From positions 800,001 to 864,000 of the forward strand of contig CBDAOB010000004.1 of NCBI GenBank assembly GCA_965197905.1: a DNA stretch of 64,000 nucleotides, given 5' to 3'. The DNA is from Candidatus Latescibacterota bacterium (GTDB lineage Bacteria; Latescibacterota; UBA2968; UBA8231). The notes under the pieces were generated by a model. It did no database searches. It saw only the letters and a list, made by a program, of their open reading frames with translations, and was not told the origin of the DNA. The position numbers and the translations under genes were made by a program. Of the stretch, positions 1 through 10,291 are shown piece after piece (within the stretch, counting starts at the first letter, position 1; every line of letters starts with the position of its first letter).

Positions 1-2
1 TT

Positions 3-602
3 GGATCGGTCTGGTCTGATCTCACCCAATTGGACCAGGAACCGGTCACTCCTCTCAATCTGCGAGTGGGCAGAAAGGGCCGCCTCGAGCTCGGGGGTCG
101 AATAGATGGTACTTTGACGGCCGGCGATGTCGTCGGGTTCACCGTGGGCATAAAACACCAGATTCACCGGTATTTCGCCTGGGGTGTGAACATGCAAGCC
201 GAGGATCTAAACGAAAGCGCTGGTGAGAAAAAGGACGGCAGGGGTTATGGAGGCTCTTTCGTATTTATTGCGAACGAAAAACGCTTCCTGGGCACACGGG
301 CAGGCATGAAATACAAGCTCGGAATCGGGTTAGGTGACGCCATCACCGCACGCGGAGCCGCCTTGCGCTTGGCCCTCGAGGCCAGACTCAATCTGTCCGG
401 GTCAACTCATTTTGTCGGTGGTCTGAGCGGAAGATCCGTAAGTCGCGACTTCTCAGACAATTTTGGATTAAACGGCTCGCTCGGAGCGGAAACCCGACTC
501 GGTGGCGCCCTGGCTCTGCGGACCTTGATCAGCCTCGGCCTTGCCGGCGACGCCAGTCAGGACAACGCGAGAGGCAGCCTGATTCTGACCTACAGGCCCT
601 AG
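3..602 (+). CDS. Hypothetical protein, 5'-partial; possible outer-membrane beta-barrel C-terminus
   Basis: Frame is open from the window edge. Gly-rich amphipathic beta-strand pattern ending SLILTYRP. The TAG stop is part of the CTAG target of the adjacent IS. Confidence 0.5.
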   Translation, partial: GSVWSDLTQLDQEPVTPLNLRVGRKGRLELGGRIDGTLTAGDVVGFTVGIKHQIHRYFAWGVNMQAEDLNESAGEKKDGRGYGGSFVFIANEKRFLGTRAGMKYKLGIGLGDAITARGAALRLALEARLNLSGSTHFVGGLSGRSVSRDFSDNFGLNGSLGAETRLGGALALRTLISLGLAGDASQDNARGSLILTYRP

Positions 603-1768
603 TGTTTCGTCTCAGGATTAGCTAGACAAAGTTTCTGCGTGAGTGTAGGTTTCTCTTGACCCCTTTTCGCGGGAGAGACCTATATGGCAATCGGCCGACC
701 GATGGCACCGGTGGAGTTGAGTGAGCAGACCCGAGAGCAGTTGGAATCCATGACCAGGTCACGCAGCCTTTCGCATGGGCTCGTGCGCCGCTCGGAGATC
801 GTGCTGTTGGCCGCTGACGGATGGCCCAACCAGGATATCGCGCAGGCACTGAGCGTATCGCGAGCGACGGTGGGCAAGTGGCGCCGGCGGTTTCTGGATC
901 GAGGTCTGAGCGGCCTGTACGACGAAGTCCGCCCAGGTGGACCGCGGACGATTGAGGATGAGCAGGTGGCCGAAGTCGTATACAAAACCTTCAATACCAA
1001 GCCACCGGAACAGACCCAGTGGTCGGTACGCTCGATGGCAGACGAGACCAGGTTGTCGAAGGACACAGTCCATCGCATCTGGCGTGCTTTTGGTTTGCAA
1101 CCCCACCGTCGGACGCACTTCAAACTCTCCACAGATCCGTTCTTCGTAGAAAAGGTACGCGACATCGTCGGTCTGTACCTGCATCCCCCCGAGCGCGCCA
1201 TGGTGTTGTGCGTCGACGAGAAGAGCCAGATCCAGGCGTTGGAACGGTCCCAACCGATGTTGCCTCTCGGCCTGGGATACGTCGAGGGCGTGACCCACGA
1301 CTACAAGCGACACGGCACCACGACGCTGTTCGCCGCGCTGGATATCGAAACCGGGGAAGTCCTGACGCAGTGCAAACCACGGCATCGTCATCAGGAATTC
1401 CTGCAGTTCTTACGCCACATTGACGGCAACGTCCCCGAAGACCTGGACCTCCACATCGTCGTCGACAACTACGGGACCCACAAGCACGCCAAGGTCAAAG
1501 TGTGGTTGGCCAAACATCCACGTTTCCACATCCACTTCACGCCGACCTACGCTTCCTGGCTCAACCAGGTCGAGATCTGGTTCAACATCATCACCCAGCG
1601 CGCCATTCGACGCGGCTCCTTCCGTAAGGTGAAGGAGTTGATCCGCCGAATCGAGCGCTTCACCGACCACTGGAACGCCAACGCGGCCCCGTTCGCCTGG
1701 ACCGCAACGGCAGATTCCATCCTCGCAAAGATCAAACGACTTTGTGAAGGAATCGCTGCGACGCAACA
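603..1768 (+). mobile_element. IS630-family insertion sequence, apparently intact
   Basis: CTAG on both sides (599-602, 1769-1772). Imperfect terminal inverted repeats TGTTTCGTCTCAG / TGTTGCGTCGCAG. Single transposase ORF. Confidence 0.92.
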
Positions 1769-1772
1769 CTAG
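684..1772 (+). CDS. IS630 family transposase
   Basis: N-terminal HTH and DDE motifs [29 protein letters not shown]. Confidence 0.95.
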   Translation: MAIGRPMAPVELSEQTREQLESMTRSRSLSHGLVRRSEIVLLAADGWPNQDIAQALSVSRATVGKWRRRFLDRGLSGLYDEVRPGGPRTIEDEQVAEVVYKTFNTKPPEQTQWSVRSMADETRLSKDTVHRIWRAFGLQPHRRTHFKLSTDPFFVEKVRDIVGLYLHPPERAMVLCVDEKSQIQALERSQPMLPLGLGYVEGVTHDYKRHGTTTLFAALDIETGEVLTQCKPRHRHQEFLQFLRHIDGNVPEDLDLHIVVDNYGTHKHAKVKVWLAKHPRFHIHFTPTYASWLNQVEIWFNIITQRAIRRGSFRKVKELIRRIERFTDHWNANAAPFAWTATADSILAKIKRLCEGIAATQH

Positions 1773-1839
1773 CACGCATATCCAATTCTCCCTGCAACTT
1801 CTGGCACCATTGCCTCCCAGCGCGAATTGAGCGTAGCGG

Positions 1840-3333
1840 CTACTTCCGCTTCCGTAGCGGCTGTGCCCAGCGCTCCATGCGTTGATCTTCGTTGTACATG
1901 CGCCAGCGCAGCAACTTGTGGCTATAGGTCAGCTCGACCGCGGCGTACTCCGGCCTTCCTGCCAAGTTGTTGAGCTCGTCGGGATCGGATTTCAGGTCGA
2001 ACAGGATGGGTGGAAACTCCGGATCAGCGAAGTAGATGTACTTGAACGCCCGGTCTCGCACTACCCAGAGAAGATGGAGGTCCGGATCCGGATTCTCTCC
2101 CGCCCAGCGCCGGCCCCGATAATCGAACTCGTAATGAATCTCCTGGCGGGGCTGGTAGGTTGGATCATTGCGCAAAAGCCCCAGGAGACTGCGTCCCTGA
2201 AAGCGATCGGGAATGGGCTCGCCCAGAGCCTCCATCAGCGTTGGGGCAGAATCGATGGACTCTACGAAGTGGGGCAGGATCTGGCCGCGGGTGGCATCCG
2301 CTTCGGGCGACGGATCTTTGATGATATACGGGATGCGCATGCCGCCGTCGAAAAACTGGCCTTTCGACAGCAGGTAGTGATCGCCAAGGTGCTCACCGTG
2401 ATCAGAGGAGAAGATGATCAAGGTGTCGTCCCACTGCCCGCTCTCTTCAAGCGCCTTGAACAGCAGACCCAGGTTAGCATCCACCTCGGTGACCATGCCG
2501 TAGTAGCAGGCCCGATACTCCCGCAGGTGCTGTTCGTTCTGCAGATGATCCGGCGCCAGGTTTCTCAGATACGGATGTCTCGGAGTCAGCTCTTCGGCTG
2601 CGCGCGCCGCCGCGGGCATGTCGGCGGGATCGTACATATTGCAGTAGGGCTCGCAACAGATATTGGGCGGGTGCGGCTTGTGGTAATTGAGACTCAACAC
2701 CCAACCCCGGTCTCCGGAGGATGCCGGCTTGCGGTCGCGGATGTAATCGATCGCCCGATCGGTTACGTAGCGGCATTCGCTGTGCTCTTGGCGATATCGG
2801 GCCGGAAAATGTTGCGGCAAATGCTCGCCTGGACCTGCATCGGGCACGGCGGGTGCGTGAATGGCTTCGCGGTTCAGCAGCTCCTGCGGATAACCCTGCT
2901 CACCCAGCCACTGGAAGTACTCGTCGCTGTCCTTGGTGTGATAATACACCCGTTCGAATCCGGGCAGGCAGTTGTCGTAGTCGAGCGTGGTCAGACGATG
3001 ATCACCCGCGGGCAACAGCGCCGGATCGATCGTGTAATCATTGTAACCGATGAGTCCCGGGTCGTAACCCGCTTCCCTGAGGACGAATGCCAGGTTGTCC
3101 TCGGCGTCCAGCAGTGGGGTTGCGTTGTGTACGACCCGCGTCGAGCACAGATACCGGCTCGTGTAGATGCACATCCTGCTGGGAGCGCACGGGGCTGCCT
3201 GGTTGAAGCAGTGTGTGAAGGAGACGCCTTCAGAAGCAAGCCGGTCCAGATTGGGCGTCTGAATCACCTCGTTGCCCAGGTGTCTCAAACAGTCGGAGCG
3301 AAACTGGTCGGCAAGAATCAGGAGAACGTTCAT
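1840..3333 (-). CDS. Sulfatase-family hydrolase (phosphonate monoester hydrolase-like)
   Basis: NVLLILADQ, CAPSR (CxPxR), KPHPP and SSDHGEHLGDH motifs. Confidence 0.88.
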   Translation of the reverse strand: MNVLLILADQFRSDCLRHLGNEVIQTPNLDRLASEGVSFTHCFNQAAPCAPSRMCIYTSRYLCSTRVVHNATPLLDAEDNLAFVLREAGYDPGLIGYNDYTIDPALLPAGDHRLTTLDYDNCLPGFERVYYHTKDSDEYFQWLGEQGYPQELLNREAIHAPAVPDAGPGEHLPQHFPARYRQEHSECRYVTDRAIDYIRDRKPASSGDRGWVLSLNYHKPHPPNICCEPYCNMYDPADMPAAARAAEELTPRHPYLRNLAPDHLQNEQHLREYRACYYGMVTEVDANLGLLFKALEESGQWDDTLIIFSSDHGEHLGDHYLLSKGQFFDGGMRIPYIIKDPSPEADATRGQILPHFVESIDSAPTLMEALGEPIPDRFQGRSLLGLLRNDPTYQPRQEIHYEFDYRGRRWAGENPDPDLHLLWVVRDRAFKYIYFADPEFPPILFDLKSDPDELNNLAGRPEYAAVELTYSHKLLRWRMYNEDQRMERWAQPLRKRK

Positions 3334-3374
3334 CGCGATCTGCCGCCTACTCTGCGCACATGGGTGCGGTCGTC

Positions 3375-3482
3375 CCAGGCGACGAGGGAGGCAGAGTCAG
3401 AGGAGGTGACGAAAAAGGTGACCACAATGCAGAGCGCCAGCGCGCAGATCCACCGGGCTCAGTAGAAGATGGTCCAGCCGTG
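3375..3482 (-). pseudogene. Relic of a BCCT (betaine/choline/carnitine) transporter
   Basis: My translation reads HGWTIFY*ARWICALALCIVVTFFVTSSDSASLVAW. It contains the BCCT signatures GWTxFYWAWW (mutated) and FFVTSSDS, fused by an internal deletion. Confidence 0.8.
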
Positions 3483-3610
3483 CTGCTACTCACCTCCAGC
3501 GCACGCCTCCGTCCACAGGCTCAACAGCGGCAGATAACGCAGGTAGATGCAGAAAGCGGCTGCTCAAACGGGGGCATCTTCGCTTTCGGAGTAAGCCTGG
3601 GTCTCGACGG

Positions 3611-4432
3611 TCATTCGCGATAGCTCTTTTCGGCGACGTGAACCAGGAAGTCCGGTTCGAGCGTGTCGTACTCCGCCTGGAAGTCACCGTAGCTCTCGAC
3701 GCGCTGAAACCCTACTTCCTTCATCAAGCGATGGGTGTACTCCTGGCGCAGCGGGAAGAGGTTTAGATGGAAAGTGGGGCCGTCTTTGAAGTCGTAAGCG
3801 AAACGCGCGAGACCATCGTCGATGTACTCCGGCTCGACCCGGATGTCATCGCCGCAATAGTAATAGGTATGCTTGCTCGAATAGCCGTCGTCGAGGATGG
3901 AATCGTAGTTGCGTTGATCGAGGATCAGAAAGCCGTCGTGGTCGAGGACGGCGTAGAACTCGGCCAGAGCCTTGCGGCGATCGCGCTCCTTGAAGAGGTG
4001 AGTGAACGAGTTCCCCAGGCAGATGACGGCGTCGAACGTCTCATGGATGTCGCGATTCAGAAAGCGCCAGTCGGCCTGTACAGTGCGCAGCACATGCCCA
4101 TGCTCGCGGGCGTTGTCGAACGCCTTGCAGAGCATAGCCGGGCTGCCGTCCGCGCTCACCACGTCGAAGCCGGCCTGCAGCAGGCGCACCGAGTGATAAC
4201 CGGTACCGGTTGCAACGTCCAGTACCCGTTGCGCCCCCCGCTCGCGCAAGTGGTTGATGAAGAAGTCACCTTCCCCCTCCGCACGTCGCTCCCAATCAAT
4301 CAGTTCATCCCATTTCTCGACAAAGTTGTGGACGTACTCCGCTTTGTAGAGATCGGTTTCCCGGACCTCGACCGCGGGATCGCCCGTCTGATCGGTCGCA
4401 GAAACTAGCGTTTCGTTACTGGCACTGGACAT
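3611..4432 (-). CDS. Glycine/sarcosine N-methyltransferase (glycine betaine synthesis)
   Basis: FVEKWDELIDW, VLDVATGTG, CLGNSFTHL, DQRNYD and SKHTYYYCG motifs. The start at 4432 was chosen from the upstream promoter. Confidence 0.9.
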   Translation of the reverse strand: MSSASNETLVSATDQTGDPAVEVRETDLYKAEYVHNFVEKWDELIDWERRAEGEGDFFINHLRERGAQRVLDVATGTGYHSVRLLQAGFDVVSADGSPAMLCKAFDNAREHGHVLRTVQADWRFLNRDIHETFDAVICLGNSFTHLFKERDRRKALAEFYAVLDHDGFLILDQRNYDSILDDGYSSKHTYYYCGDDIRVEPEYIDDGLARFAYDFKDGPTFHLNLFPLRQEYTHRLMKEVGFQRVESYGDFQAEYDTLEPDFLVHVAEKSYRE

Positions 4433-4477
4433 TTTTTGCTCACTTTCGAAATTCGAGATCTCTGTATTGCCAGCGCG

Positions 4478-4506
4478 ATTATATACATTATCCAAACGCC
4501 ATGCAA
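4478..4506 (-). promoter_or_regulatory. Sigma70-type promoter for the methyltransferase
   Basis: TTGCAT-17 bp-TATAAT on the minus strand in an AT-rich spacer. Confidence 0.7.
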
Positions 4507-4776
4507 CCCCACAATTGCTGCTTGTATCCTTCTTATCTACAATAATATCAATAATTTTAGAAGATGAGAGGAAGATATTCTCCTGCCTTTTAGCCGTGTT
4601 TTGGTGTAAAGATTAGTTACGGTTTTATGGAATGCGGTGTGTATATAAAAAGCACATACTAGTTGGAGCGAATGATTGAAAGATCCCTCGACTCGTCTAT
4701 CTGGTGATTGTCGTGTGACTTGCGCCGGGTCGGCGGCGGGGGGATCTGGTCCGGTCCCGTATGTGCAGGTTGGGAC

Positions 4777-6122
4777 CTACTCGATGCCGTGGCGGGCGAT
4801 CTTGTTATAAAGGGCGCGGCGGCTGATCCCGAGAATCTGGGCGGTCTGCTGACGATTGTTTCCGGTAGAGCGCAGGGTGCGCACGATCATCTCGCGCTCG
4901 ACCTCTTTCAACGTGGCCCCGACTCGAAAAGAAACGGCGTCCGGAATGCGTTTGCCCGGTTCCTGGCGCAGTCGCGGTGGGAGATGTTCGGGGGTCATGA
5001 TCTCGCTGCCGCACAGCATGACGGCCCGCTGCAGCACATTGCGCAGCTCGCGCACATTTCCTGGCCAGGGATACGCTTCGAGCAGGCCGGTGCATTCCGG
5101 CGTGAAACCGGCGACCCGCTTCTGGTAAGCGCGATTGTAACGCTGAATGAAGTGGCCGGCGAGCAGCGGGATGTCTCCCGGGCGCTCAGTCAGTAGCGGC
5201 AGATTGATGCGGAAGACATCGAGGCGGTAATACAGATCGTCGCGGAAGGAACCTTCCCGCACCAGGACGCCGAGTTCGGCACTGCTGGCCGCCAGCAAGC
5301 GAATATCGGTGCGGATCTGGTGGGTGCCGCCGAGACGACGAAGCACCCGGTCTTCCAGGAAACGCAGCAGACTTACCTGGTCCCGTTCGGCGATTGCGCC
5401 TATCTCATCGAGGAAGACCGTACCCCCAGAAGCCTGCTCGAAACGGCCGGGATGCGTTTCATCGAAGCCGGGAAACGCTCCCCGCTCATAACCGAACAGC
5501 TCGCTGGCGACCATCTCTGACGGCATCCCACCGATGTTGACGGCAACGTACGGTCCCTCGCACCGTTCGCTCTGCCGGTGGATCACCCGGCCGATCAGGT
5601 CCTTGCCGGTGCCGGTCTCCCCCGCGATCAGCACCGGAATGTCGGTCGCCGCCGCCTGCCGGATGCTCCGATAGACACCTGCATTGCCTGCGACTGCCCG
5701 ACCAGCTCGTCAAGACCGTCTTCATCGCTTTTGAGCAGGAGATTGGTGCCCACCTTCGGGCGCTGCTCCCAGGCGCTCTCGATGAGGATCTTCAACTCCT
5801 CGTCGGTGACCGGCATACGCGCGTCTTGGTAGGTTCCGGCGCGCAGCAGGGTACGCACCAAGCTCATGTGTCGCGGTTCGAGCAGGAACAGCACCTGGGT
5901 GATGGCGCACCGGTCGGCGAGAAGCTCGAGGGTTTCGACACCTTCCTGACTGTCGCGGAACAACTGGCTGGCAATTAGCAGGATGTCGAAGGTTGCGCTC
6001 TCGAAGCGGTCGAGGACGCGGTCGAAGCTGCCTTCCCACGCCACTTCCTCACACCTGGGCCCCAGAAGGCCCTCGACGCGGCGTTTGAGATTCAAGTTTT
6101 CGGCTACGGTGAGAAGACGCAT
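4777..6122 (-). CDS. NtrC-like regulator (receiver-like + AAA+ + Fis HTH), frameshift near 5670
   Basis: Split over two ORFs. GETGTGKD, FLDEI, DLYYRL, WPGNVREL and C-terminal HTH. Confidence 0.85.
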
Positions 6123-6234
6123 GTTTCCAGAATACCAGCGACTGGCTCCCCCAGCAAGAGGCAGCCGGTAGCTATGCCATCCACCGGTCGATTCCTGTGG
6201 GTTCGAACAGGCGTTCGTCGGATCTAGCGTGTCT

Positions 6235-7179
6235 TCAATCCGACCGTTCCGACTCCACCTGGCGCACGAGCTCTTTGATGTTCGCCACATTCGTGCGCAT
6301 CGCCTCCGTCCGCGAGCCGCTGGGGGGTGTGAAGTGCGTGGAGACCGACAGGTAGACGTCGAGGTTGTGGTCCCTCAAGTTGCGCAGAACGGTCAGGTAG
6401 TCCACCTCGCCCTCCCCGATCGGACAGTAGTCGAACTCCAGCTTCAAACCGTCGATGACGCGAAGGTCCTTGAGGTGCACTCCGTAGATGTAGGGGCGCA
6501 TGTTGGTGAAACCGGCGGTGGCTACGTCCAGCTCGCCGCAGTTGGTGTTGTCTGCAGGCCCCCACATCGCCTTGATTCGGCGCGAGCCCACTCTTTCGGC
6601 TACGCGGCGGAAATTTCCCGTCGAGTTCGTGTAGTTCCACGGCATCATCGACACCGCCACGTCGAGATCGTGGCGCTCTGCCATCTCGGCAACGATGGAG
6701 AAGGCCTTCGTGAGCTTGTCCATTTCGGTGTCAGCTATGATGCCACCCTTCGTCATCCAGCGCATGGGCCAGGTAACCTTGTCCGGTAACTCTCCCGGCC
6801 ACAGGAAGCTGAAGACGTTGACGGCGTCGAGACCGAGGTGGTTGCTGATCTCCATCGAGCGCTCGAGCTCAGCGATATTTTTTTTGAACCCCGGATGTTC
6901 CTCCATCGAGTCCAGGTCGAGATCGCACAGATAAATTTCCTTGAAGTGATTGTTCGGCATCAGCAGGAACAGCTTCAAGCCCCGCTGCTCGATAGCGGCG
7001 GCCATCTCGTCGATCTCAGCGGTGCTCATCTCCATCAGCGGCTTGTCGCCCGGCAGATCGCCTCTGCGCAGATACCACAGGTACTCGATTCCGAGCTCGG
7101 CGGCGAAGTCGAGCGCCTCTTCGAAGGGCAGGCCCGGTTCCATGAGGAACATGGCAAGTTTGAAGCGTTGCGAGCTCAC
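6235..7179 (-). CDS. Sugar-phosphate isomerase/epimerase family TIM barrel
   Basis: VHLKD and PIGEGEVDY motifs. Confidence 0.8.
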   Translation of the reverse strand: MSSQRFKLAMFLMEPGLPFEEALDFAAELGIEYLWYLRRGDLPGDKPLMEMSTAEIDEMAAAIEQRGLKLFLLMPNNHFKEIYLCDLDLDSMEEHPGFKKNIAELERSMEISNHLGLDAVNVFSFLWPGELPDKVTWPMRWMTKGGIIADTEMDKLTKAFSIVAEMAERHDLDVAVSMMPWNYTNSTGNFRRVAERVGSRRIKAMWGPADNTNCGELDVATAGFTNMRPYIYGVHLKDLRVIDGLKLEFDYCPIGEGEVDYLTVLRNLRDHNLDVYLSVSTHFTPPSGSRTEAMRTNVANIKELVRQVESERSD

Positions 7180-7195
7180 TTGGACAATCTCCTGT

Positions 7196-7345
7196 TCAGA
7201 GGGTGAGGACCACTGGGTGCGTACTGCGGTGCGCCGGATACAGATTCACCACGCCTTCTTGGCGCGCTTCCATGACGTCGTCGCCATCGTTGTTGTAAAT
7301 GATCCGGCGTTGCCGCCAGCGCTTCACTCGATCTGCGTCCATCAT
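7196..7345 (-). pseudogene. N-terminal relic of family M
   Basis: MMDADRVKRWRQRRIIYNNDGDDVMEAR matches the starts of the genes at 43974 and 56296, followed by an unrelated short tail. Confidence 0.85.
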
Positions 7346-7400
7346 AATTTCATTACCAGTTGGTACCAGGTTGGTCGTTGACGGCAGAGCCGCCCCGTGC

Positions 7401-8054
7401 TCATTCGGGATACTTCGACCGGATCTCGGCCTTGATCAGTGCCGCCAGCGGCCGGGCGCCGAAGGGCTCAAGGGGTTTCCCATTGACGAAGAAACCCGGT
7501 GTCTGGTGCACGCCCAGCGCTTCGGCATCAGCCAGGTCCTGCTCGATCACCGCTGTGATGTGCGGACTTCTCATGTCCGCTTTAACGCGCTCCACATCCA
7601 ACCCCATCTCGTTTAGCAGCGGCCAGATCTCCTCAAGCAGCACGCGGTGGTGCCGGGTCCAGGTGTCCTGTCGGCGGTAGAGCAACTCCAGGGTCTCCCA
7701 GAACGCTCCCTGCATTCGCGCCGCTTCCAGGATACGGACGACCTCGTCCGCCCCTTGATGAAACGGGGTATAGCGGATGACGAGCTTGATCTTACCCGGA
7801 AACGCGCCCATGGCCTGCTGGATGAATGGCGAAAAAGAAGCACAGGTCTCGCACGCTGGATCCGTGAACTTGACGATGTAGACCTTGGCGTCGTCGCTTC
7901 CCAACGTGGGCGAATGAGGCCGGACGAAGGCTGAGACGTTCTCCTGAGCCATGAAACCGAGCTCTGCCGCCCGCCATGTCTTGTAGTACCATGCGGCGAT
8001 GAGAAATCCTCCGACCAACACCACGCAGGCGCCGACAAACAGAATGCGTTTCAC
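7401..8054 (-). CDS. DsbA-family thiol-disulfide oxidoreductase
   Basis: N-terminal TM segment, FTDPACETC (CxxC), GVHQTPGFFVNG (cis-Pro loop). GTG start overlaps the dsbB-like stop. Confidence 0.9.
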   Translation of the reverse strand: MKRILFVGACVVLVGGFLIAAWYYKTWRAAELGFMAQENVSAFVRPHSPTLGSDDAKVYIVKFTDPACETCASFSPFIQQAMGAFPGKIKLVIRYTPFHQGADEVVRILEAARMQGAFWETLELLYRRQDTWTRHHRVLLEEIWPLLNEMGLDVERVKADMRSPHITAVIEQDLADAEALGVHQTPGFFVNGKPLEPFGARPLAALIKAEIRSKYPE

Positions 8055-8515
8055 GCTAGACTCCTCCTCTTCAGGACGACTAGGATGCACATCAACGCAG
8101 TGAACGAGAGCAGCGAGAGCAATGGGATCGACAGGAAACCGAACAGTTCCAGATAATCCTCCGTGCATGATACCCCCTCACCGCAGGGCTGCATGCTCGC
8201 CGGGATGATCCCCATGAAGAGCAGGTTGTGGTACACAGCCAGCAGCCAACCCGCGGCCGTCAATGGCAGAGCGTATCTGACGACATGCAGGTCGAGTGGA
8301 AAGAGCGCGCGCGCGAGGAGGAGGACTAGAGGGAACAGACAGATCCGCTGATACCAACACAGATCGCACGCGGCGAACTCCAAGACGAAGCTGAAGAATA
8401 GGCTCCCCAGTGTCGACACGGAGGCGACAAGCCAGGCGAGAAAAACGAGGCCCCAGTCCGGATCGAGCCCCAAGATGGCCGGTCGATCGGGGCAAGGTAA
8501 CTCTTGATCGTTCAT
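8051..8515 (-). CDS. DsbB/BdbC-family disulfide bond formation protein
   Basis: ACDLCWYQR, four TM helices, second Cys pair PCGEGVSC. Confidence 0.9.
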   Translation of the reverse strand: MNDQELPCPDRPAILGLDPDWGLVFLAWLVASVSTLGSLFFSFVLEFAACDLCWYQRICLFPLVLLLARALFPLDLHVVRYALPLTAAGWLLAVYHNLLFMGIIPASMQPCGEGVSCTEDYLELFGFLSIPLLSLLSFTALMCILVVLKRRSLA

Positions 8516-8552
8516 GGGTGACTGCGGGTTCGTCCTATTGTGGTGCGCTGCT

Positions 8553-8796
8553 TCATGTCGATTGCCTGGCGGCGCCGGGTCGGCCGAACTCCCAGGCGAA
8601 AAGCGTCGCCCGCATCATCTCGAAGCGCACGGTGATCTTCTTTCCGGCGAGCCCCGAGAGATCCGCACTGCCGCGCCAGCTTACGTCGCGCTCGAACTCG
8701 TCGCCTACAAGGGGGTCGCAATCGGCGAAATCGGGCCGAGCGTTCAGCCTCGGCAAAACCGGAATAGATATCGGCGTAATCAAGTAAGGGGCGCAC
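8553..8796 (-). pseudogene. Collapsed (head+tail) family P gene
   Basis: GAGGAG RBS, then head MRPLLDYADIYSG (cf. MEPFLDWYGIWPG in 27207-28706). In another frame, tail DCDPLVGDEFERDVSWRGSADLSGLAGKKITVRFEMMRATLFAWEF. Confidence 0.72.
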
Positions 8797-8896
8797 AGCA
8801 TTCTCCTCTCTATCAATCGGTTCCGTTCACACCACCAGATCCGATCGCGGATTGTGTACGCCGACGGTTCTTCTAGATGTCTGTTCAGTCGTATGG

Positions 8897-9781
8897 CTAA
8901 GCTGACCGGTGGTCCAGCTCCAGTGGCATACCTGAGGTAATGCCGTGGTCCGATCCGGCGGTCATCGGCCAGGCCTGGCCGCCTTCGAATACGAAGTCTT
9001 CCTGGCCACACAGCCACAGGAACAGACGCGCCACGCGGACGGAGTCGTGCCATTTCTCGGGCATTTGGCGGTCTGTGCCGAATGGGATCTTGGTGAAATC
9101 GCACTGCGGATCGACAACCCAGTCGCGCTGGGGTGGGGTGGTGCGCCGGTAGGTGTATTTGAGGAAATCGCGGACGCCGCTGGCCGTGGCGGTGGTGCTG
9201 CGATGCCAGACAGAGTAGTGGGTGATCAAGATCGAACCGGCTGGCGGCGTGAGCTGCACGGCCTGGCGAATGCTGCCGTACTGCGTCATGTAACGGCGCT
9301 TGATACGCAAAAAGTGGGAGCTGGGCAGGAACTCGGTAGCGCCTATCTCCGCGGGCGTATCCTGCGGGTAATAGAACACCAGCAAGTGGTCCAGTCGCGG
9401 CGAGTCGATAGCCCCGCCGTCGCGGTGCCAGTTACCACCGCCCATGAACATCGGACCCTGGAGGCGGGTGTCGCTCATGTGCATGGGCAGTTTGAAGTCC
9501 TTTCCCAGGAGTGAGCGCACCGCCCCTGCCGCCTGCGGGTTCTTGATGACGTTGTCGGCGAACCACTCCTCATTCAGGATTTCGGTCGGACTTACCACTT
9601 CGCGCTCGCCGCACTGGTCCCGACTGACTTGCAGGTCGGGATAGTTGTCGACGAATTCCGCCGTGCGGCGGTTGATATCATCGGGGACTACGGCTTCGAA
9701 CATCAGGTAGCCGTTCTTGCAGAATTCAATCACCTGCTGATCGGTCAGGGTCGCCTCGCAATCGTATATTTCTCCCAACAT
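8897..9781 (-). CDS. PhyH-family Fe(II)/2OG dioxygenase
   Basis: LTDQQVIEFCKNGY, WHRD (HxD), GATEFLPSSH, VWHR. Confidence 0.88.
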   Translation of the reverse strand: MLGEIYDCEATLTDQQVIEFCKNGYLMFEAVVPDDINRRTAEFVDNYPDLQVSRDQCGEREVVSPTEILNEEWFADNVIKNPQAAGAVRSLLGKDFKLPMHMSDTRLQGPMFMGGGNWHRDGGAIDSPRLDHLLVFYYPQDTPAEIGATEFLPSSHFLRIKRRYMTQYGSIRQAVQLTPPAGSILITHYSVWHRSTTATASGVRDFLKYTYRRTTPPQRDWVVDPQCDFTKIPFGTDRQMPEKWHDSVRVARLFLWLCGQEDFVFEGGQAWPMTAGSDHGITSGMPLELDHRSA

Positions 9782-9801
9782 GATCGGTCCTTTCCGTGGA
9801 A

Positions 9802-10164
9802 TTATTTCTCGAGGATAAATTCGCAGCCAAGCCCGTAGGCCTCTTCTTCTCCGGCCACCATCAGCGCCATCTCCGGAAATTTGACGATGCGCCAGCCGTC
9901 GCGCATGGCGTCGAGCACGGTCTCGTAGACCCACGCTCCTGTCTCGTCGACGCTGTCGTGCTGGCCGTCAGCATCAAATCGCGACATGCCGCAGACCCGT
10001 GAGGTAACGATCGTGGTGCCAGCCTGAAGATAGAGTAGTTGGGGCGTTGAAGCCGCGAGTTGGGCATCCGCACTCTCGAGAGCTTGCTGCAGGTCGCTCT
10101 CGCTCAGCTCTCCGGCGCGGAACTTTTCGAGACACTGCTCCAATTGTCGCTTTACCTGCTCCAT
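9802..10164 (-). CDS. Hypothetical protein (120 aa)
   Basis: Strong RBS (GAGGAGG). Lies directly upstream of the PhyH gene. Confidence 0.75.
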   Translation of the reverse strand: MEQVKRQLEQCLEKFRAGELSESDLQQALESADAQLAASTPQLLYLQAGTTIVTSRVCGMSRFDADGQHDSVDETGAWVYETVLDAMRDGWRIVKFPEMALMVAGEEEAYGLGCEFILEK

Positions 10165-10291
10165 GGCAAATCCTCCTCTCTTTCAGAGGTAATACAAGCG
10201 CGAAGTTCGTGGCCGCTTTCGTCACGTGGTGGAAGATGGGCAAATAAACGCCATTGTGGGTAGTTGCGGCAAGGCTCCTGTCGTGTTGATT

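Noticed and set aside
1882..3465. Long antisense ORFs (also 27357-28562, 37995-39377, 61093-62787)
   Set aside because: They shadow motif-bearing genes on the opposite strand, which is common in GC-rich DNA.
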